Source: Podarcis liolepis (Eukaryota). From it: a stretch of 64,000 nt of DNA. Below the pieces are notes generated by a model. That model was not told where the DNA came from and ran no database searches. It saw only the letters and a list, made by a program, of their open reading frames with translations. Within the stretch, counting starts at the first letter, position 1. Every line of letters begins with the position of its first letter. The stretch lies in NCBI GenBank assembly GCA_965112155.1, contig OZ218098.1, one strand, 5' to 3'. Positions 1-8,826 of the stretch are shown one piece after another. The position numbers and the translations under genes were made by a program.

Positions 1-156
1 CTCATTCTAGTAACTTCTGAGCCTGTCTCTCAAAACTTCATTTCATTTTTCCAAATTACACTTTGGCAGTCCAGCACAGCTGCACTTTAGCATGGCAGTC
101 TAGAGATCACCCAATGCACTTCTAATGCTTAGCAGAATAGATGCTAATAAACTTAC

Positions 157-3100
157 ATCTTCAAGTTGTTTTTCCAAAAGAGCTTTCTTTTTGCGAAAAT
201 CCATTATCATTTTCAGCTCAACTTGAATTAGGCCAATTTCTTTGGCCTTCTTGTTGAATTTTTCCTCCATCTCCTCCAACTGTTTGGTGTAATACTGTAC
301 CTGCAAATCAGAAACTTTTAGCAAGATTAAAAAAAAACCCTAATGGTGCAATCCTACCCTAGGTATCTGCTGGCCGAATGGCCTTTGGAAGTGGAAGAAC
401 TCCTTTTCCACTGGTGGAACTGAACCTACAGAGGCAGAACAAGCTATCCACTGCCAAAACCCTGTTGTTACACTGATGGAAGACCCTATCAGCTGAAAAA
501 TTACACCAGCAAAATCCCAGAGGTAGCGTTGCAGAGAAAAGGGTAGTGCATGGAGGAGAAGCATACTATCAGTGTTTGTAATTGCACACTCATATCCATG
601 AACATGGAGGAAATCTATGTGAGGACACAAACTGGCTTAAGTTCAGATTGTCCCACTGATTACCATGGGAGGAAACAGAGAAAAATGACCATTGCTCAGC
701 CCACCTGCAACATGCTTTCCCTGAGTTCTCCCCCTCCCCTCCCTAGTTGGAGATAGTTAGATGTTGCTCCAATTCTGCAAATTCCTGGACAAAGGCTTTT
801 TGGTAAGAGACACAGGTATGGCAAAAAACATTTTTTTAAAAATTCTGAAAAATGAGCATATTGCATTAGGATCAGCTTGATGTGTAGCATGTTTAAAAAC
901 AATTCACATTAAAGAGCATCACTAGGGAAGAGCGACCACTAAAGAACTAAAATAACTTAACAAAATTAAGCTTTAAATGATGACTTTTTAGAACCAATAA
1001 CAGTATAACAATTCCAAGTCAGTTCTACCTCCAGTTGCATAAGCCAAATGTTGATGAGAACTATATCTCTGACTCTAGGCATGCTTATTTAGTCATTGAG
1101 TTGAATGGAACTTAATCCCAGGTAGGGGTGTATTGCCATGAGGTTGAGTATTAACATACTTTGGACTTAGTTTTCCAATTTTTTTCTGGCAAATCCTGCC
1201 CCCCAAAAACAGTTAAGGTAGGATTGCCATACTCCCAAAAGTGAAAATCCGGACAACGTTGTTGAGTTTTTTTCTTCTGGGGGGAGGGGAGGAGAGGGGG
1301 GACAAAATTGTTAGGAACACACACACACCCCAATTATGTTTTTAGACTTTTAAAATGATTTTTAAAGCATTTCTTTTTAAAAAAGAAACCTCTACTTGCC
1401 ATACGTCCAGGTTTTCCCAGACATTTTGACGCTTCGGCAAAAATCCACCCAGATGCCATTTTCAGAGCCCGAACGTATGGCAGCCCTAGTTAAAGACTTA
1501 GTCATGACTTAAAGAGTAGAACCACTAGAGATTAGAAGATTAAATATATTTACTGTAAAACATTCTTGTGCAACTTATCTATTGTCAGGTACAACCCAAA
1601 ATGTGTTTAGTCTGGTTTTCAGTGTCCCATTGTACCAACAGAATCAAAAGACATGTCCATTCACCAGTTCATCATTCTCTTCTTTGGCTTTTTGCTTCAC
1701 CTCAATCAACTGCAGCTTTAGCTTCTCAATCTACATATTAAAAAAAGAAAATGAGGGGAAAAAATCAATCATTTTATGGATTGGAAAAATCCAGTTCAGG
1801 GCTCACATGGTGGAATGGAAGAACAAAGAGCTTTCCCAAGGTGAGGGTGTGTGACCTAGCTAAGCCTGACAGGACAGCTTTATAGTTTTGGTCCCTCCAC
1901 ACATTAATTAGATTTAAGCATGTTAGTTATATGAGGGTGATTATTTCATACTTTGTTCTCTATATCTTTCTTTGCAAAAGTGCTACAGTAGATAGGGTAT
2001 TTGCTGTGAAAGTCTTACAGTCAGTGGGCTGAATAAGTAGGCTGCTAAATTGTAAAGGAAAGCCAAACTATACATACTGAATGACACTCCATATTAGTAC
2101 TTTTGTACTATTGATTTTGAAGACCAATGGAAAATGAAAGGATAATAGTTTTGGCAAACACTATCTGTTGCAAAGAAAGAAAATCTAAACAGTGTTGAGG
2201 AGAAACACTTTCCTCCTCATCTAGTCAAAATAAAAAAATTCCTTCCAGTAACACCTTAAAGACCAACTAAGTTAGTTCTTGGTATGAGCTTTCGTGTGCA
2301 TGCACACTTCTTCAGATAACAAGTATCTGGTATCTGAAGAAGTGTGCATGCACACGAAAGCTCATACCAAGAACTAACTTAGTTGGTCTTTAAGGTGTTA
2401 CTGGAAGGAATTTTTTTATTTTGACTATGGCAGACCAACACGGCTACCTATCTGTAACTCCTCATCTAGGTTGTTTTTCCACTTAAAAAGTGTAGCAGTG
2501 GCGATTGCTCTGAAATTCTATGTCACGTCTCCATTCTGAAAGTACATGCCATATGACAGGTGTGGGGAACCTTTGGCACTCCAGATGTTCCTGAAGAGGT
2601 GGGTCCCAGCCTTTGGCCACTCTTGCTAGAGCTAAAAAGGCAACATCTGGAGGGTTAAAAGTTTCCCACACCAGTTTTAAGATTGCCTAATGAATACAAC
2701 AGCAATCAGTTCCTTCATTTTTATTTTTATTTTGGTTGTGGGGTTTTTTGTGTATACACACACACGTACACAGTGCTTTTTTCTGGGAGGACGCAGGGGG
2801 ACGCATACCCCTAAACATTTTGTGCATCTAAGTTTGGCCTCATTGAGGGGCAGTATTTCAATATGAGTAGGAAAGTGAGAGCACCCCTAAACATGTTTTT
2901 AGAAAAAGAGAGCACTGCATCTGTGCATAAAAACCGTGGAACTAGGCAGATTATTCTGAATTAGCTCGACAGGCTGGAAAGATCGTAGCCTTCAGCGTTA
3001 AGGGGTAGCAACTCTGCAAAAGGAGGAGGAAGTTCGCCTGCTGTTCCGCACCTACCAGATCTTCCTTCTCTATGTCCTGCCTCTTGAGGTAGCTCATCAC

Positions 3101-3506
3101 GTCCACCGTGTCCCTCTCCAGCCGCCGCTGCTGTCGCTCCAGCTCCTCGTTGTTCAGCGCGAGGCGGCGGGCGGCGGCGCGGTACTCCTTGCGGGAGAGC
3201 TCGGTCACCTCCAGCCTGGCCTCCCATAGCGACGCCGCAGCTTTAGCCCTGTCGGCCTCCGACTCCTCCTTCAGGGCCTTCACGTCAACCTTCTTGCCGC
3301 TGCCGCCGGGGCCGCCCTTCTTCCCCCTGAGGGAAGCGAGCGACACCGCGCCATAGAAGGGTCAAGGGGGCCCGGGCGACTCTCGCCCCCACCCGCCAGA
3401 TTTGCCCGGAGAGGTGTGTCCCAGCGCCATCCCGCCCGCCAGTCCCCGTCTCCCTAGCTACCTACTTCCCTCCTTTCGCCGCTTTCGCCTTCCCTTTCCC
3501 CTTCAT
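157..3506 (-). CDS. BBOF1: Basal body orientation factor 1 (CCDC176), 5' part: exons 3466-3506, 3056-3326, 1665-1730, 157-300; continues beyond the left edge
   Basis: ATG at 3504-3506 gives MKGKGKAKAAKGG, then donor GTAGGT. All introns are GT-AG and phases match (41, 271, 66, 144 nt). Coiled-coil peptide AKAAASLWEARLEVTELSRKEYR...IEKLKLQLIEVKQKAKEE...VQYYTKQLEEMEEKF resembles BBOF1. Head-to-head with ENTPD5, as in the mammalian locus. Confidence 0.9.
2281..2320 (-). ncRNA. Second hammerhead motif, in the opposite arm (short helix I)
   Basis: Reverse complement GTTAT-CTGAAGA-A-GTGTGCATGCACAC-GAAA-GCTC-ATACC. Confidence 0.6.
2329..2368 (+). ncRNA. Minimal type I hammerhead ribozyme motif (Penelope type)
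   Basis: Helix I GGTAT/ATACC; core CTGAAGA; A; helix II GTGTG-CATG-CACAC; GAAA; short palindromic helix III (AGCT); UC cleavage site. Confidence 0.75.
2770..2917. repeat. Interspersed repeat with CAGTGCTTTTTT/AGAGCACTG ends; second copy ~57215-57320
   Basis: Shared block ATCTAAGTTTGGCCTCATTGA.GGGCAGTATT.CAATATGAGTAGGAAA.TGAGAG.ACCCCT.AACAT. Confidence 0.65.
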
Positions 3507-3920
3507 GTTTCCCCCTAGAAGCCACGCCGATGTTTTCCCTCGCGGCGGCCCGTTGCTACGGCAACCGGGCGTCGCGGGAAGATGAGGACGATGGCGGGCG
3601 CGCGCGCACGAGCGGGAGAGACGTCACGCGCGGTGTGTTGACGTGACACGCGGCACCGGCGAGATGTGGAAGGTTGAGGGCTCTGACAAGGCGGTGAGTG
3701 GAGAGGTCTGGACGGGGCAGCGCGTGGAAGTTCTTTCCCCGCCGGCTCAGGGGCGCGCGCGGGCCCAGCCCTGGAGAGCTCCCCCTGCCCCGGCCTTCCC
3801 GGCTCTGGTCTCTCCTGCTTCGGCAGCATTTGCCCTGTCAATACTCCGGCGGCGTATCACTCCGATACACTCAGATGCGTGCACACCCGACACGCGTCTT
3901 TCGGTAGGAATCCGGAGCTT
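3507..3920. promoter_or_regulatory. Bidirectional CpG-island promoter BBOF1/ENTPD5 with RFX X-box (3552-3565) and CRE/ATF-like half sites; probable ENTPD5 non-coding exon 1 donor GCG|GTGAGT at 3693/3694
   Basis: High CpG density ~3050-3930; near-palindromic GTTGCTACGGCAAC; ACGTCAC (3621) and TGACGTGAC (3639). Confidence 0.7.
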
Positions 3921-5363
3921 CTCGACTCGGAGAGACCATGCCTCCCGTTTCAATCTGTTGCGTGCAAACAAAGAAAAGCCACTTTGCCCGTTTAGAAGCA
4001 TCACGAGGAAATACGTAGTTGTTTCCAAGCATCAGCTGAACGTGTCATTTCACTACTTACAAAATTGGTTTGCTCAATGGGTTAAGGCTTGGAAAGAGTG
4101 TTGCTTTTATTCTCCAATTTTAGTTATGCCAATGGCTCCTGAAATCGCGGTGTGGTATTCTAGGGGTGCTGTGATAAAGCGCATTTCAAGCAGTCGCATC
4201 ATCTATTGCTGCATTGTGGCAGTGCCCGCTCCGATCAGCACAGTGTGACATAAGAAGATGAGTCAAAAATAGCTCTTTGTTTTCCCCTGTTCATGAATTG
4301 ACTTTGTGCCTCCTCCCCACCCCCCACCCCATCCTTCTTTTGCAATGAACATTCATCTTGGTAAATTATTTTCTAATTCAGCAATGATTTTTATTGGAGC
4401 TTTTGCCCTACTGAAATATGCCCCTTGAACTTTCCTGGGGCAGGAAAAAAACCCCAACCAAGGCATATTTTCTTGTTTGCCTTAGATAAATGATAAACCT
4501 AGGTTCACAGAAGGTGGTTGGCTTGAACTTTAACATGTAACTCCTGCTTGCTTAATAGCTGAGCATTTTTAGTTGCACTTGCAAATAAAGCTGAGGAATA
4601 GGTGAGTGAAGATATAGTATTGTATTGGAGTTGCTTGGCTAGTTAAATTGCTTTGTGGGGAGGGGGACTTTGGGATTGAAAGAAACTGCCTAAATTTCAG
4701 GTCTTGGATTGAATATATAGTTGTCATGATTGCCATCAAATAAAAACTAAGAGATGCAATATTATGTTTCTTTGTATATACTGTAATGTAATTAACGTGC
4801 ACGGCGCTTTACATATACAAGATAACCGGTCCTATCCATCCCTGAGGGGGCTTACATTCTAATCAATTGACCACAGATAAAATGGAGGGAAATACAGGCA
4901 GGAGTAAGCAGGGGAAGACTCTGTATTTATTTCAGTTACACATTCTTTGGGTTTGTAGTAATTGGAGATTGTGCTAAAGGCTTTATGGAAAAGATGGGTT
5001 TTGTGGAGGGATTTGAAAGAAGTAAGAAAGGTGGTATAACAAAGGTACACTGTATAAGTGCAGCTGGATTCATTGTTCACAGATTTCTAAGGACTCCAAC
5101 TCAACCTAATTGCTTTCTAACCATTGTTGCTCAGCCCTGAACCATTCATACAGATTATACTAAGATTTCAGCATCACATGTTCTAAATCTATTATGAAAT
5201 CCACTGCAGCTTGACAGCTAAGAACACAAAGTACATGAAGCTTATATGTGATTTGCTCATCAATTGGACTATTGTTTATCTGTGAAGGTGTACTAGCCTA
5301 GTATGATGGCAAGTAATGAATGAGCTACAATTTCCAAATACCATTCAATATTGCTTCATATAT

Positions 5364-5533
5364 TACATATTTTTCTGTGTATAAGACTGCCCCATGTATA
5401 ATACGCCCCCTACTTTTGGTGACCCCAAATTTAGAAAATGGGCTTATTCACTATCCATGTATAAGATGCCCCCAGATTTTTAATCTTATTTTAAACTAAA
5501 AAAAACTAGTCTTATACACAGAAAAGTATGGTA
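5364..5533. mobile_element. Mariner-like MITE
   Basis: TACATATTTTTCTGTGTATAAGAC ... GTCTTATACACAGAAAAGTATGGTA terminal inverted repeats. Confidence 0.55.
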
Positions 5534-5827
5534 ATTATCCTGCCTTCCTTTGAAGTGCACAGAGTGGCACTTCACAGGGTAGTTGCAAGAATAAATTAGG
5601 TGTTTGGTGGAACCATAATTATGTCACAGTGGCTTGTGAAATCAGTTCAGCACAAAGAGTGTTGAGCCCAAGTTCAACTATTGATCATTATAATGGCTAT
5701 GCAGATATTTTAATCTAGATCTTCCTAGTCTTAGTTCAGCATTCTGTTGACTACACCACACTTGCTCTGTGGTATCATATAGTACAGGAGCTTCTCCTTT
5801 AGATTTTTGCAGTGAGAGATTTTTACA

Positions 5828-5919
5828 AAATAAAAAAATTCCTTCCAGTAGCACCTTAAAGACCAACTAAGTTAGTTCTTGGTATGAGCTTTCGTGTGCA
5901 TGCACACTTCTTCAGATAC
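5828..5919 (-). mobile_element. Penelope-like fragment (single arm) with a hammerhead motif at 5882-5919
   Basis: Near-identical to the left arm of the 2222 copy; 13-bp direct repeat AGAGATTTTTACA at 5815-5827 and 5920-5932; helix I GTAT/ATAC. Confidence 0.78.
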
Positions 5920-5936
5920 AGAGATTTTTACAGACA

Positions 5937-6101
5937 TTCTTCTTCTCTGGCGATCACTCGTAGCCAAACCATCCTAAATATCTTTGTAGAAGCTTACGAG
6001 AAGCTTGGCCTATCACTCAACATCCCAAAAACCAAAGTGCTGCACCAACAAGTACAAAATAAACCCTCTGCAGCGCCACAAATCCAACTCAATGGTGTAA
6101 C
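5937..6101 (+). mobile_element. Internal fragment of an RTE-clade LINE reverse transcriptase
   Basis: Translates to TILNIFVEAYEKLGLSLNIPKTKVLHQQ...IQLNG, typical of the late RT region of RTE-like LINEs; flanked by TTTTACAGACA repeats (5926-5936, 6102-6112). Confidence 0.6.
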
Positions 6102-6112
6102 GTTTTACAGAC

Positions 6113-6197
6113 AGTCCTGTACATGTCTACTGAGAAGTAAGCTGCATTGAGTTCAATGTGACTTACTCCCAGGTAAGTGAATATAGGATTGCAGGCT
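6113..6197. repeat. ~90-bp palindromic MITE-like repeat (other copies ~22465-22525, 41200-41300, 50850-50925, 52230-52290, 57805-57890)
   Basis: Recurrent CATGTCTACT.AGAAGTAAG...TTCAATG.GACTTACTCCCAGGTAAGTG..TAGGATTGCAG. Confidence 0.55.
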
Positions 6198-7089
6198 TAG
6201 ATATTCACTGGAGGGAAGTAAACATCTCAGTAAATGTGCATAGGATTCCTCTGTATGCCAGATTCCATGCTTATTAGCAGGCTGAGTGGTTGGTAAGAAA
6301 ACTTGAACTGTGAGTTCTAAATCCAGTCTTGGTTACAACATGAATGAGACCTAAGCTTCTATCAAGACTTGCTGAACATTAAGCTGTATTATGCATCTGA
6401 CTACTTTAGTTATTATGCCTTTAACAAGGAGGAAAATGCAAAGTAGAGCAGGTGGGTATTTATTAGAAAATACCCAAGTTTTTAATAAATACTGGCTAGC
6501 ACGATTTTGCATTTTTATTTCCTTTTTGGAAATAAAAAAAGTTTATTCACTATTATGCCTCCAGTTCTATGATAACAATCTATGTTTTTATTTCAACATC
6601 CCATGTGACAACATCCCAAGCTTTATATTTGAATAGGGAAACTACTGGTGGTGCAAAATAACAATTCACTCAACAGGGATGTTAATGGATATTCTCTCAA
6701 AATGGTGTTGGTTATTGGTGAAGTTGAATAAAGGATTTCACTTGTTTGCTACTGCATTTAAAACTTTGTTGTAATTTGATTTAGACAATCAATTTGCTCC
6801 TAAGTTGCTGAAGCTGTCTTTTTAATATAAATTCTGAGTTCATTTGGCTTGGGATGTTCATTGTAAAATTAAAGTTTAGGTTTCAGATTGTTAGACCAAT
6901 TTTTTGCCATTTTGTTATGGCAAAGTATAGCCTAGAATGATATTCGAATGCTGCATATGGAGAAGAGTTTTCAGCAAACTTGTCCTTATCCCTAATTTTA
7001 TGTTAAGAGGGGACTTTATTATGGGATTTCTCTCCAAGAATACTTTCTACTGCTCTTGGAACAAAACATACTGATTTGAATCTAGATGG

Positions 7090-7440
7090 AAAACAACATA
7101 GCTGCTGAGGGAGAGAAGTTTAAAGATTCATTTTAGGTTTTGTAACTAGTCATAAAGTTGAGGGATCAAACTATGAGAGTGGAGCTATGGAATGATAAGG
7201 AAATAAAAAAAAGGCAGAGGGCAAATGAGGTTTCTGAGCGGGAGGGGCAGCAAATTGAAATAGGCATAAGGGTAGAAGCAGGAGAAGATAACAAGTCCAG
7301 TGGATTCAGATGCCAAGTTCTAACCACATGTCGGTGGACAGATATAATTAGTAGATTGGGTGTGCAAATAGTGAGGTGATGTACTATGCTGAAAAGCTGA
7401 TGCATAAAGTAGTTTGAGGCTTTTTAGAAATAAGAGCATG
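7090..7440 (-). mobile_element. Degenerate L2-like RT fragment
   Basis: Purine-rich plus strand; minus-strand peptide resembles the decayed YADD/LNxxKT region of L2. Confidence 0.4.
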
Positions 7441-7465
7441 TCACAGCTAAGTATGGACAAAATCA

Positions 7466-7549
7466 ACCAAGAGTCTTGTGGCACCTTAACAAATAACACA
7501 TTTATTTTGACATAATTTTCTGTGGGCCAGAGTCCACGTCATCAGATGC
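7466..7549 (-). mobile_element. Older Penelope-like relic with a degenerate hammerhead
   Basis: Reverse complement GCAT-CTGATGA-C-GTGG...CCAC-AGAAA-ATT-ATGT followed by ...TAAGGTGCCACAAGACTC. Confidence 0.5.
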
Positions 7550-8826
7550 TCTGTAAGGACTTGCATTTCCCCATAACTTCTTTTTGACAAGTTCTGCATA
7601 GGCTCTAAAACTCAGCACTCTACTCAAATAGGTAAAATGCAATTGGCTACATTAGATTGACTTTTTAGAATTTTTAATTTGAAAGTCTCTGTGTGATGCA
7701 TTACATTCCTCTTTTTCTTCTTCCTTCCCCCTTTCCCAAATAAACTTTATTTCTGTTCTTTGACATTTTGTTTCATGAGCTGAAAATAGTATTCCTCTGG
7801 AATTTCTCCTTAAAGACTTCCATATGTTAGACTGCACGGTTATTAAGCTAGCTCTTGTATTTCAAAATTACCTCATAGAGTTCTATGGTGTCCTCTAAGC
7901 TTTGGAAAAGTAAAACTAAAGCTCATTTTTCCTAGAATATGGCTGGATCACTCTCTGTAGGATTTACCCCTTCATCTCCCCACCCCTTCATTGCTGGATA
8001 ATCTGGGAGATTTAGTATGACTGGTAGCAACCTATCAGAATTCGTCTTTGGTGAAAGCCTTATATGTTCTCTACTTTCTGGGTTCTTGTGAGGTTCTTTT
8101 GTGCTATAATCAGACACAGCATTGGTTGGGAACAATTTGCATCTGATTTGAAAGTAAAAGTTAATACACAAACCAAAAAATATATACTGAAAGATAAATT
8201 TGAGTACAAGGAAAGAAAACTGCATCTAATTCTAATACCCCTCCCATTCTGCCTCTCTAATAACTGTACATAACCATAGTGAAATGGTGTGTTTTACCCT
8301 CCCTGATTTTTAAGCCGCTGCCATCAGGAGAAGATGAGATTCCCATTGTCTGTCGTTTTGAATGACATTTGTGTTCTTTGTCTGCCCAAGCCTGCTAGTG
8401 TTTTAGTGAGGGCACAGAAGTCTTGGCCTGAACACAGCTTAGCCTGAATTGAATAGATTCATGTCAATGGCTTAATTTGGCATTTGGCACAGTTTCAACA
8501 TTATGTTGAAGCTGTTCAACCAGATGCTCTGTGAGGGAGGAGGAGCATAGCTTGCATTTTTATGAAATTGTCTGGAACATTAGAATGCATCTTGAACTGT
8601 TTCGTAGACTCAAAAGATGCAGCCCCTATTGGTGAGAATCAGATTCTTGAAGTGTGTTTGTAGCATGAGCTGTGGTTGGGGTGGCTTTTTAGGATGTTGA
8701 AAGTCTCCTGTGTGTAAGAGGTTTGGTGTAACTAATTATGCTATTGGTTAATAACTCTGCTGCAGGAACTTCTCCAACTCTGCAAATCCTGATTTGTACA
8801 GCGGCTGTCCAAGGCTCCCAAGCACA

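Larger units (their letters stand above)
2222..2457. mobile_element. Penelope-like element terminal fragment in inverted configuration (97-bp perfect hairpin), BBOF1 intron 2
   Basis: Arms 2222-2318 and 2331-2427 are reverse complements; tail GGCAGACCAACACGGCTACC; 12-bp direct repeat CTCCTCATCTAG at 2213-2224 and 2458-2469; hammerhead motifs in the arms. Confidence 0.8.

Noticed and set aside
2951-3346. ORF-track start (GTG, MSLASLR) as the BBOF1 start
   Set aside because: An acceptor at 3327/3326 and an upstream ATG exon (3466-3506) join in frame and explain the N-terminus better.
3643-4248. 201-aa ORF downstream of the BBOF1/ENTPD5 promoter
   Set aside because: GTG start, crosses a strong donor at 3694, no recognisable homology; most likely ENTPD5 exon 1/intron 1.
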